This document shows positions 21,850 through 32,714 of a stretch of 34,209 bases of DNA, piece by piece. The position numbers were made by a program, and so were the translations under genes. Every line of letters starts with the position of its first letter. Position 1 is the first letter of the stretch. The stretch is from Octopus bimaculoides. Its lineage: Eukaryota. The DNA lies in the NCBI RefSeq assembly GCF_001194135.2, contig NC_068987.1, positions 38,200,417-38,234,625 of the forward strand. Direction: 5' to 3'. Under the pieces are notes generated by a model, which was not told the DNA's origin, ran no database searches, and worked only from the letters and a program-made list of their open reading frames with translations.

Positions 21850-22480
21850 TAGTCACCTTAGTTCTATACTGTAAATGTTCTTTGATTTAGACTTTTCAAT
21901 CTTGCTTTTCAATCATTTCTATAAATTTACATAAAGTCACACATTGTATTCAGGTAGGTTTGAAGTTCTAATGTACTTGATGCTTATTTTGAGGACAGAT
22001 GGTCATGATTGTTTGTGTCTCAGAGAGCTTCAACTCGGAACATAGAAGAATATAGCTAAATAGTGTTGTTTTATCTAATTGTCCACTGTTTTTGCCACTC
22101 TCCCATTCTCAATATTTTAATATCATGTATATAATCACTGTAGCATCTGGAATTAGATGAGTAATGTGTTGAAACAATCTATAGACATTTAAGGTAACAG
22201 CTGAAAATGTCTCCATTTTGAAATCCTCATACACTATATGCACAGCAGTTAATGTTGCATTAGATTTCACTCTGACTATAAATGAATATGTGGATGACTG
22301 ATTGTGTTTTAACTTAGTATATGATGAATGTGTTTTGGTTTGTGTAATATTTATTGTTTTAATAATACATACTTAATTCTCTGTGTTGGTTAAAATAGTT
22401 TACAGTTAAAATTGTAGGAATTTCATCTATCGACGACATCTTCAAATCATTGAATGTAGGTTTTTATAACTTTTAATAGT
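21850..22480 (-). mobile_element. Probable very old non-LTR (CR1/L2-group) reverse transcriptase relic
   Basis: Colinear degenerate motifs: NQNTF...VIHIFIY (cf. EQNGFR..RS..DHIF; 22326-22337), VYEDFKMETFSAV (cf. FIDFKKAFDSV; 22217-22228), TTLFSY, and LELQTYLNTMCDF (cf. LQ..LN.L.DYC; 21948-21971). Confidence 0.55.
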
Positions 22481-22789
22481 GAATCCTTACATTGGCCAAA
22501 AATAAGAAATTTCTAAGACAGTTGTTTTTTATGATTTAGTCAGAGGATAAAAGACTATATTCATTTTCGTAGTGTTCAAGACTGGTGTGAGGAAGTCACT
22601 CTCAAACCAAAGATCTGGCCTGGCTACATGCAGTGCTCTCTTTAACAAAGTCTTAAGGCTTGAGTGTTTCAGCTACTGCTAAAGGGCTAGGTGGTCTTGT
22701 GAAAACAGAGGACAGCTTGAAACTATCACTCCAGTCAAAACAATCCATCACTCAATAAACTTTTGTTAAAATAAATACCAGTTTAGAAA

Positions 22790-22845
22790 ATTCAAGTACA
22801 AAGTCAGCCTCAGCAAGATTTAAACTCAGAATGAAAGATTTAAAC
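22790..22845 (-). mobile_element. Meta-like SINE fragment
   Basis: CAAAGTCAGCCTCAGCAAGATTTAAACTCAGAATG versus CAAAGTCAACCTCGGCAGAATTTGAACTCAG in the 12281 copy. Confidence 0.6.
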
Positions 22846-23392
22846 ACAGTGAAAGATTTTTTTTTATTTAACACGTAACCATTCCTTGACATTAACTCTT
22901 AATCATATTTAATATCTGTTCAGAAAGTACAGAAAAGCTTTATACACAATAGGATCATTCTGCATTGTAGCCATATTGATATCACTATACATAAATCAGA
23001 GATCAATATGCAACAAAGACCTTGATAAACATTCAGAAATAAAGCAGTGGTCGAAGGAGTTAGAGTGGGTGTCAGATTGCATAAGAATAAAAGTATATTA
23101 TAGGCAACAAGTTTAGTGTAGAAGTTAAGGTCTTTGTAGCTATCAAGATTAAATTATTAGTATGTGAAGTGTTTTGTCTCAATGCTGTTCTGTACTACAG
23201 AATATATCAGAGTTTTAACCAGCACTGTATTTTTAGAGTAATTTAAAAACTTTTATATGTAATATCTTCATTAACAGTAATAGTAGCAATATCCCCATGG
23301 ACATTTGAAGAATTATTGTCATTGATGAAATTTCAACACAGGATTGATATTAATCCAATTGATCCCACTTTTCTCTGTCTATAAAGTTTTAT

Positions 23393-24367
23393 TATGGTAT
23401 CAACAACTTCTTGGACTAGTTATGTTTAATAAAAAAATAACTTATTTACCTAAGTTTTATCATCCTTTGTAGTCACTTTGTGCAGCAAACACCAGTTCCA
23501 GCATTTCCACCACTTTTAAAATCCAGCCTGGAAGTTGTTTTCCATAAGCAAGTCAGGGACTTTCTGCAATTCGCTCTTGATCTCAACTATAGTATTAAAA
23601 TGGCGACTTTTGAGCTGCACTTTCATCTTGGGAGAGAGATGGAAATCCACAGGTGCTATGTCTGGCAAATAGGGTGGGTGCAGAAGCAATACCATGTTGT
23701 TTTAGGTGAGAAACTCACAGGTAAGGAGAGTTCAATGACAGGGTGCATTGTCATCATGAAGAATCCAATTCTTCATGTGCCACTGATCCAGTTGCTTTTG
23801 CCAAATGTCTTCAAATGCTTCAAGACACCACTGATTGTCTGCTGACAATCCTCATGCACAAGCTGATGAATTTTCTCCACATTTCTGGCAGTGACACTCG
23901 TGGTAGGTCTTCCAGATCACTCATTGTCTTCCAAGAATGTTCTTCTACATTTGAAGCACCCATGCCATTCAAAACATTCCATGCAACCTTGGTTCTTTGT
24001 TCCAACTTCCTATCCATGACAAAAATCACAGACTACAGTATCACAAAAACACAAATTCCATACAACCTTTTGCCTTATCGTTGTAAGCTTGCCAAAGCAT
24101 GTCCAATGTCTCTATAGCAGACTTCCCAAGTTTAATGCAAAATTTCACCTTGGTTCTTTGTTCCAACTTCCTATCCATGATAAAAATCACAGACTACAGT
24201 ATCACAAAAACACAAATTTCACAACTTGTGAAGTAAACGCAGTGATGTCACTCGGCTCACTGCTTCTTGAAGGTCAATGCTAGCTCACTGTGCATGCAAC
24301 AACCATGTACTGTCATCTGTTGGTGGGTTACAGAGCTAGTCTGGGAACTTTTTGATATCACCTCGTA
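23393..24367 (-). mobile_element. DD34D mariner relic, internally deleted, with an internal 72-bp duplication
   Basis: TIR TA|CGAGGTGATATCAAAAAGTTCCCAGACTAG at 24367; degenerate partner at about 23393. ATG at 24178 reads MDRKLEQRTKVKFCIKLGKSA. LHDDNAPCH...HPPYLPDIAPVD has 34 residues between the catalytic Ds (counted), with two in-frame stops. Confidence 0.93.
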
Positions 24368-25191
24368 TATAAAAATATAGGCATATTCTGTAGTACAGTT
24401 TAACATTTATCAGGATTGTCTTAGAAGTGTTATTATCCTTACATTCTTGAAACTTTATTAGAATTTTATGATTGGTTCATTACACCTATAAATTCAAGTA
24501 TGCAAATTGTTTGCCTTTCATAAATTTTTGAATAGCCACTCAATAAGTTTAGCATTAACAATAAGGAGCTGGAATAGAAAGAAGAGATTCAAAAATATAT
24601 AGTCTATATTACTGATTATACGATATACTTTCCAGTACTTCTGAGTCCATGTTGAGTTTTCATCTGGAATTTTCTTCCTCTGAAGTTAAAATAAACTTCA
24701 GTTTATGTCAGCGATTAAATTGTTCAGTATTTAACAATTTGATCTACTCTTCCACTCCAAGTTAATAAATGTATCAAGAATGGAAAATAGCATCAATAAA
24801 GTGAAAACATTTGATTGTTTTATGTTATAATTACTTAATTTGTCACTTGATCAGTGGCAATTCTAAATTTATGAAAGATTATAAATACACACAGTGGTGA
24901 ATGGTATGTGAAAGTAAAAGATTTTTAGAATAAGTGGTTTAATAGGTTATGCAAAAATAGTGAATTTGGGTATGTTCAATATGCTGGAAGTGTAGTGTAT
25001 GATGCTGTCAATTCCTAGACATTTTTAGCTGCTAACTTATATAAGCTTAGAGCAAATCTATTTCTGTTATTTTGTACAGAAGTTTAATTGCATGATATAT
25101 GATAGAAAAAAAGTTGTTGCTGTTTGGGGCTAAACTGTAAATTATTCTCCTCAAAGCAAAATAATAATAATAATAATAATAATAGTAATAA

Positions 25192-25327
25192 TTCTTTCTT
25201 ACTTTAAGCTCAAGGGGCCTAAAATTTTAAGGAAAGGAAGTCATCAATTACATTGATACCTGCTATTTGACTGGTACTTATTTTGTTAAACCCAATAGGA
25301 TGAAAATTGACCTCAGTGGCATTTGAG
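25192..25327 (-). mobile_element. Meta-like SINE, headless
   Basis: GGCCTAAAATTTT...ATTACATTGATACC...ACTGGTACTTATTTT...GGATGAAAATTGACCTCAGTGGCATTTGA. Confidence 0.75.
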
Positions 25328-25333
25328 AAACAA

Positions 25334-25405
<72 letters not shown>

Positions 25406-25453
25406 CACCACCACTACCACCACTACTATAACTACTACTAATAATAATAATAA
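25334..25453. repeat. Compound (CTA)n(CCA)n(ATA)n microsatellite
   Basis: Direct reading. Source of the poly-S/G ORF 25278-25520. Confidence 0.95.
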
Positions 25454-25454
25454 T

Positions 25455-25521
25455 CCTTTCTCCTAAATGCACAAGGCCTGAAATTTCAGGGAGGGTATTA
25501 CATCGACCCCAGCTCACCACC

Positions 25522-25522
<1 letters not shown>
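25455..25522 (-). mobile_element. Meta-like SINE with the core deleted
   Basis: Tail ...TACATCGACCCCAG joined directly to head CTCACCACCT. Confidence 0.8.
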
Positions 25523-25554
<32 letters not shown>

Positions 25555-26779
25555 CAGTGAGGCTCCTGCTGAGTTTTGAACTATCACTCTCAAATTTTCG
25601 CTGCTCAGGGCCATGACAAGCTGTATTACCATAGAAAAGCATTAATGCCTACACAAACATGGCTTAACCAAGAGGCATTGGCTGGCTTGTTATGGATGAT
25701 GTGGCAAACTTCAAAGGCTTGTTACTAGTTTCTAGAAAATTTGGTTTATGTTTATAAAAAATGGGAAAATTCAACCTCTGACTAGAGCTGCTCATCATTC
25801 CTTGTTAAACTACATCACTCTGCTTAGTTAGTCTCTTGCTCTCTCACTTTTTCGTATTTAACATGTTTATATCATAGTCAACAAAAAGTACCAATCTTCA
25901 GTTACAGTGTTGAATCATCCACATTGATTACTTCTTTGATCTTCAGTAACTATGAACTATTTTCTTGTATTACAATTATGTTTGTTGTTTCATGAACATT
26001 CTATTTAATTATCTATATGTACACCTGTAAATATAAATGATGCAAGTCAGTAGAGTATATATACACTCAAATATATATTAAGTGTAGTCATTCTTATTTT
26101 CACACACAGCCTACTTAATTTTGTAAACTACCAACAAAGAATTTATGACAAATTGTCACACTAAACATTGATGACTCCCAACAACTTAAATGGTTACCTA
26201 TATGCTACCATCAAATTAGTGATCCAACATCTCCACAATCAAACTAGCAGCTGAGCAAACCCACAAATGCAGAAGTAATTCCTGCAAACCAATACTAACA
26301 CAGATATAATGTTGTGTTTGTTTTCCTTTATCTCCTTTATAAATAACAGCATTTAACTGGTATTTCCAGTAAATTTTCAGGGTCAGTAAAATAATATTTT
26401 GTTGTATATTTATTTCTTGAATATATCAACTGCATATTCTTCAGTTGTTCACTGTTGTTACAACATACATAGATACACAAAATTTTAAAAGAATATTTTT
26501 TCTCATGTCTTCTCTGTCTTCTGACATTTCTGCCCTAGCTTTGCAAGTAGCAATATCTTTTTTCCACTTTCCATCTTGGACTTGAAATGCTGTAATTTGG
26601 TACAAACAGCTCACTTTTCAGCCAACAAAAAGGTCATTAGGTCAATTTGTTCATAAGTGTTCTGAGAAAGGCCTTCATCTGCCCTAAGCAATGAAGTAAA
26701 TGGCTTAACTACAACTCCTGCAAGTACTATTTTGTATCAGGGAAGCAGAAATATTAAATAACACATCCAGTTCTCAGCA

Positions 26780-27340
26780 AGAGTGTTTGGATCCACACTG
26801 AAACCTTAAAGAATAGAAAACAACTACAACAAAGAATGAAGGAACTGCTAGAAAATAGTTTCCTAGAATAATCTTTTATGAAACTGTTGTTTCTGTCTCA
26901 TTCACCACCAAGTGTACAGGAAATTTCAACATCCATGAGAGATCACATCTCTGTTGACAATCTGTATTGGTAATTTTTTTTAGTTGATCTGGAGTCATTT
27001 TATTTAGAGATATTTTGTCTACTGCATAAGTGAAAGTGTTGCTTTTCCACTGTATTTCACATTTTTGGAATTCAAATAACAATAACAACTGACAGAGACC
27101 AGTAATTTGAATCTATTTTGTTTATTAATTAATCCAGTTGCTGGGTGCTACAAGGATTCATACTATGGCTTATCACCCTATGCAAATGGAATGATAGAGC
27201 ATTTCCTCTGCCAACTTTTTGTAATCATTTAAAGCATATGACAACACAGATAAATGACTACAATATCTGCCTATAATATTACTCAGTGTCAGACCATCTA
27301 TTAAGTCAGATATACCATAGTCAGAGATTCCCTTACGATC
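26780..27340 (+). mobile_element. Ty3/Gypsy pol relic (RT N-terminus, weak; integrase core, clearer)
   Basis: QQRMKELLENSFLE and DLESFYLEI are weakly RT-like. LLGATRIHTMAYHP/ANGMIEHF...K*LQYLPIILLSVRPSIKSD matches the recalled integrase motif RTTAYHP.ANG.VERF..W...LP.ILLG.R...K.D (27138-27320). Confidence 0.75.
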
Positions 27341-27449
27341 CATTTAATTATATACAACATCTGTGGTAGTATGTGTCTGAGTTACTAAAATTACTTCCCA
27401 AACAGTTGGTCTCTTGTTCTCTTTCACATTTTCTTATTTAACATGCTGA

Positions 27450-27641
27450 TGCCTGAAATTTTGGGGAGGAAGCTAGTAAACTACATCAACCTCAGTGCAC
27501 AACTGGTACTTATTTCATCAACCCACAAAAGGGTAAAAGGTGAAGTCAACCTTGGCAGAATTCAAATTCAGAATGTAAAACTGGAAGAAATCCATTGAGC
27601 ACTTTGTTCAACATGCTAATAATTCTGCCAGCTCACAACCT
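27450..27641 (-). mobile_element. Near full-length Meta-like tRNA SINE
   Basis: Colinear with 12281-12485 from GCCTGAAATTTT to CTGCCAGCTCAC. Confidence 0.85.
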
Positions 27642-28225
27642 TAATGATGATAATGATGATGATGATGATGATAATAGTATGTACCAAACTAACCAATGAA
27701 GGATTCACTGAAGTAAGATAAACAAAGAAACAAATTTGGAAGGAAAAGCATTAAGTAGTCTTAGATGTCTGAGAATCAAAGACAAAAATTTGTTTCTATT
27801 GAGTAGACTTAAGTTGCAGGGATTTAAGATTGAGTGACATCAACTAAAGAAGTATTATAACTTAATGGAAAATATTAAAATTTTGTATATCTGAGGAAAC
27901 ATGCAATGTAGTATTAATTCAGATTGACCAAAGGATGCAAATAAGGGTAACTATGAATATGTTGCTTTACACACTATATCTAATCCACTTGTATATATAA
28001 TTTATGAAACCATGAAGGAGAATTTTGAAAAATGAGAAGACAGCATGACTAAATTCCTTGTAATATTTAATTATATTCCTTTATATTCTGAGGTAGAATG
28101 TATCTGTTTGCCTTTCAACTTTGCTTAGACATTAAAATAATATTATAGTTAATAAGTAGAATCTAAGGACACTCATTTTATTCTGTGTTAGCAAAAAGTA
28201 ATAGAAATTATAGAACAGTGGACTA

Positions 28226-28785
28226 AAGGTCTGCTCAAAGAGCATCAGGACTGGTGCTATAAAAAGAAAACTACAACATATACCAATTCAGCATTTAATT
28301 TACTTTGAAGTAGTCACCTTCTGAAGCTGCACACTTTATCCAGCATCATTTCCATTGATGAAAGCATTCCTGGAACTCATTTTTGAGGATAGTGAGTAGT
28401 TGCCTCATTGCATTCCCTTGGATTTCCTCAATGTCTTGATAACTTGTTTCTTTCAAGTAAGATTTGATGTTTGCCCTGGTTTCAAAGTCGTAGCCATAGA
28501 CTCTTGATACATCACTTGTTATAGTCATTTTCAAAAAGGTTGTTTCTTCCTCAACATGATCAAGGAGATCCTATGCAGCTGAAACCCAATCTTCTTTTGA
28601 GAGGACCACACTCTACACATTTTACTTTCAAGCACTGCTATAAACAATAGAAGTGAGCAAGAACATTATAACTTAGTGTTCATGCATGACAGAGTTCAAG
28701 GTTAATCAGTACCAAGTGGCTTCACTCTACGTACTTTAGCTCTGTTACCATAGCAACAATCCCATTACGATTTGATCAGACCATG
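28226..28785 (-). mobile_element. Mariner deletion derivative retaining the transposase C-terminus
   Basis: IKSYLKETSYQDIEEIQGNAMRQLLTILKNEFQECFHQWK...ASEGDYF. Degenerate TIRs TA|AAGGTCTGCTCAAA...GGACTGGTGCTAT and (reverse complement) TA|CATGGTCTGATCAAA...GGATTGTTGCTAT. Confidence 0.85.
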
Positions 28786-28879
28786 TATACCTTATGTTGT
28801 AAGGGAAATGGGAGATCTAACATTTTGGATATTTTTGTCTTTGGAGAGAGAGAGAGAGAAAACCAAAAAGCTTATCCCT

Positions 28880-29200
28880 GGACTGCAAACTTATAGATGA
28901 GAAAATGAAAGAAATGTGAAGAGGAGGGGAAAGGTGAATATGCTATGGTATGAGTTGTGTGGAAGGTGGTGTATTGTGTTGGAGGTGGTGTATATTGTGG
29001 GGGTGTTGTGAGATGTGGGAGGAAATAAGCTGTAGGAGAGGGTTGGCCAGAGTCACCTGAAATAGTGAAAGCCACGTGAGTAAGGCTGGAGATAAGGGAG
29101 AAGGCTGGGCACTGAGCAAGAGACAAACAGACATATACACAATAAGTTGGTGGAAGTGTCCAAAACACAAAATTAAATGGCTGAAGAGAAAATATATTTA
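28880..29200 (-). mobile_element. Possible Penelope-like GIY-YIG C-terminal relic with pyrimidine-rich tail
   Basis: GHFHQL...MSVCLL...LFQVTLANP is loosely like HF....H....MSV.GL...LIF.LGTL.P. Weak. Confidence 0.3.
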
Positions 29201-29379
29201 AAGAAGTGGTAGAACATAAAGAACTGGAATTGTCTGGAGTGATCTGGAATTTAAGGGCAACTTTCTAACAAAAATGGTATGCTAACTACAATAAATAAAG
29301 TATGTATATGTAGATTAATACTTGCATAGAAGAGTCAATGGCATTGTCTGCATGATAATGTTAGTGGAGAACAAGGTTG

Positions 29380-30690
29380 ATTTCGTCAAGCCTTTCTCTC
29401 CTATTATTTGATTTCTTCCTTTTCTCCTCTGGTGACTTCAAAGTTTTTTGTTCTGATGGTCATGGAACACCACCACTTGGTATGGTCTCAGGCTTGTATT
29501 TCAAACAATTGAAGTTCAGTTCCAGTGGTTTTCAGTGTTGCTTTGAGTTGGTCCTTGTATTTTCAAAACGGCCAACCCCATGGTCTTTTTCCTGAAGTGA
29601 GCCCACTGAATAAGACTTAGCATGGGAACCTTGACTCTCCCATTCTTGTTACCTGTCCTGAACATCAAAAATAGTGTTTCATGATCAGCGATTCAACACT
29701 TTGACTGTTGGCTCTTTCCAGGATTTTGTTGTTGATCACATAGTGTTCCCATTTGATGCTCAAGATTGAAAGAAGCCTTTGTTGGTGAAAGCATTCTAAT
29801 TTTTAGATATCACAATGATATAGAGTCCAGGTTTCACAGCCATATAGCAAGGTTAAAATTGCAACAGCACTATAGACCATAACTTTCATTGTTAAGTTAA
29901 GATTTTTGTTGTTGAATACATGTTTGATTAACTTTCCAAATACCCCATGTACAGCTCCAATTCTGTGTTCCACGTCCTTTTCTGAGATGCACTTCTTTGA
30001 TAAAAGGCTGCCTAGATATGGAAAATGCTCTATATCAAAGATGATAACATCAAAATCTAGTAAGGACCTTGTTTTCTTGATGTTTACTGTAAGGCCAAAG
30101 AGATAGTCAGCCATAGCAAAGTTATTCAGACTGTTGGAATTCTTCTTTTGAATGACAGGGAACAGCATTGTCATCAGCATATTGAAGTTTTGAGATGTGT
30201 GTTAGATGTTTAGATCAAAGTCTCCTAAGACTGAAAAGTCCTCTGTCATATTGGTGTCTAATTTCAACTCCTGGATTGTCTGGAGGAAGTTCATGAAGCA
30301 TTGCAGTCAGATACGAGAATAACGTAGGTACCAAAACGCATCCTTGTTTTAGTCCTCGTATGACTGGAAATTCTTCTGACATGTTTTCGTGGAATACATG
30401 TTCAGACATAGTCATACATTGAACCAGAAAGAGATAAGTGATCAGGACATCCAAAATGATGTAGAACTTTCCACATAGCAGATCTTCGAATGCTATCAAA
30501 AGCCTTTTTTAAAGTCATAAAAAAAAACAAGGAAAATAGGTTTTTGCTGATCCCTGCTTTTCTCTAGTATGATATATATGTATATCCTCATCATTGTTTT
30601 AATTTCCACTATTCCCTGCCGATGTGGATTGGGCAGAACTTGCAGTGGCAGGTATTTCTTCAGTTGTATTATCTTCCTGCCCCCCACTCA
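29380..30690 (-). mobile_element. RTE-clade LINE, 3' 1.3 kb (RT and C-terminus), frameshifted
   Basis: KSRDQQKPIFLVFF.DFKK, GLKQGCVLVPTLF, FGLTVNIKKT, FPYLGS, LLYGCETWTLY, KKLECFHQQRLLSIL.IKW and KYKDQLKATLK, all in RTE order. Confidence 0.95.
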
Positions 30691-30849
30691 TTTCCAAGGA
30701 AGATGAAAAATTTTTCCATGATCAGATATTTTCTCAGAAGATTGGAAATGGACTGCTGACATAGTGATTGTTTACAACTATCACACAAAATCAAGGCAAG
30801 GACATAGTAACACACATATATGCAAGCACACACACACACATTTATGTAA

Positions 30850-31075
30850 AAAGAACCCATGCGAGTGCCACATAAAAAGTACCCATGCTGGTACCATGTA
30901 AAAGGCATCCAGTATACTCTATAAAGTGGTTGGCATTAGGAAGGGTATTCAGCTGTAGATACCATGCCAAAACAGATGATTAGAACTTGGTGCAGCTCTC
31001 TGGATAACCAGCTCCTGTCAAACCATCCAACCTATGCTAGCATGAGAAATGGACATTAAACAATGATGATGATCA
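30850..31075 (+). mobile_element. RTE-tail-type SINE/LINE 3' UTR
   Basis: AAAGTGGTTGGCATTAGGAAGGGTATTCAGCTGTAGATACCATGCCAAAACAG...CTCCTGTCAAACCATCCAACCTATGCTAGCATG, followed by (GAT)n. Confidence 0.85.
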
Positions 31076-31084
31076 GTTGGATCT

Positions 31085-31316
31085 GGGCTATAGTTGAAGG
31101 CACCTGCCTAAGGTGTCACATTATGGGATTGAACCTTTGAACCTGAAGCCATGTGGTTAGTAAGCAAACTTCTAACCACACACCCATGCCACATACATAT
31201 GTGTGTGAGTGTGAGATAAGAAGTTTGTTTTTCAACCACATGGTTGCAGTTTCAGTCCCCCCGGGTTAACCAAAGCTTTGTGAATGGATTTGGCAAGCAG
31301 AAACTGAAAGAAGCAC
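31085..31316. mobile_element. Two CORE-type SINEs head-to-head (minus 31085-31190, plus 31207-31316)
   Basis: CATGTGGTTAGTAAGCAAACTTCT (31150-31173) is complementary to AGAAGTTTGTTTTTCAACCACATG (31219-31242). Both match the 34030 SINE. Confidence 0.85.
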
Positions 31317-31399
31317 ATTGTGTGTATGTGTGTGTGTGTGCCATAATTATACATTGATGGACTACATCTCACTCATATCTACTTTACTTTTTGTGGCAT

Positions 31400-32690
31400 G
31401 ATGCTTTTTCCACTTCCTGATCTGTTTTGGTTACATTTTTTCATGATCCCAGCAATAGTGTGTCATGTCATGTCCTTAACAAGACTAAAGGATGAGATGC
31501 TAACATATGATAGAGGGGCAAATCATGTGTCATACTGTAGATGAAATACATGATTAACCCTGCAGGAAAGGGAGAAAATTTAGTGAAAATGAGGTATGTT
31601 TTCCATTAAAGGTGTATAAAAAGGGAATAGGGATAGAGAATCAAGAATGGCTATGTAGGTGGTTCACAAAATTGTGAAAGAAGAGTGACAGACAGTCGGG
31701 ATAATGATAGAGGTGAATGCAGGGACTAGTGAACATGGTTGGAGGTGTAATCTGTGATGAATCTCAATTTAGGGAAAGGTAAAAGAAAATAGTAGTTAAG
31801 AAGGTGATAGATGGCATTACATAAAGGTGAGAGCAACATTATAATAAAATTGAAAAGATGAGAAATAAATGAGGACATAGACATAATGATATTTTTATAG
31901 GAGCTCACTTTTGCTGAGATGGATGTAATTTGTTGAGCACAGTGAATTATCAATCATCTCTGTCTTTTGTCATCTTCTTTGTAAGGCTCAACAACCTTAT
32001 TTATCACTACAATGATAAATAAGAAGTAACTGAGAATCAAATTCTAGTGAACTTCTACCTACTCACTAAATTTCTCACAGTACTCATTGCTATGTCTCAC
32101 CTTACTGACAGCACTCTTGTACATGTTTTGGATGGCTTTTGCCAGCCATTTGTCTACTTCTAGCTTCCACAGTGACTACCAAGTCAGGGTGTGGTGGACC
32201 AAGTCAACAGAAGTCAAGTACAGTGGTTTACTTTTAGGTAAATACTTCTCCCACATCTACTTCTGTCTGGAATAAAACCAAACTGCATCTCATCTAGTCA
32301 TAATCTCTTCCTAATTAGTTGAGTTATAATCTTTCTGTAACTTTTATAACCTTGTCCAGCAATTTGATACATCTATGTTTACTCCTCTCTAAAACATCTC
32401 CTTTATCCTTGTAACTGTTTACCATAATGCTGCTGTGCAACTCTTGTGCAACCAGATTATGGGTGACAAAGTCTTATCCCACTTTGCCAGATATTTCAAG
32501 CATCTTGGTAGTGATTCCTGATACACCAGAGGCTTTCCCTGTTCTCATGACATTAATTCCTTTCTCTATCTTACTTCTGGTCTCTTTGTTGGGTAAACAT
32601 TTGGAAGGCTCTCTTTCTCCCAAACCTTCTCCGTGTTTAGTAGCCTTTCATCGTAGCACTTCCATGCCTCTTTTCAGAATAACTAAATTC
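31400..32690 (-). mobile_element. RTE LINE relic: RT N-half, large deletion, 3' end and pyrimidine-rich tail
   Basis: Minus strand reads TGKASGVSGITTKML, YKDKGDVLER, WEKYLPKSKPLYLTSVDL, KLEVDKWLAKAIQNMYKSAVSKVR, then jumps to a MTKDRDD*-like terminus (about 31950). Confidence 0.85.
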
Positions 32691-32714
32691 AAGTAAACTG
32701 TTATTTATCCCTAC

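Noticed and set aside
25278-25520. Poly-Ser/Gly ORF, and similar poly-HT, CV and YI ORFs at 74, 5760, 5818, 5856, 7756, 7784 and 8179
   Set aside because: Translations of microsatellites.
32427-32696. 89-aa plus-strand ORF, likewise 19220, 19357, 23480, 23743 and 29906
   Set aside because: Antisense frames of RTE or mariner coding relics.
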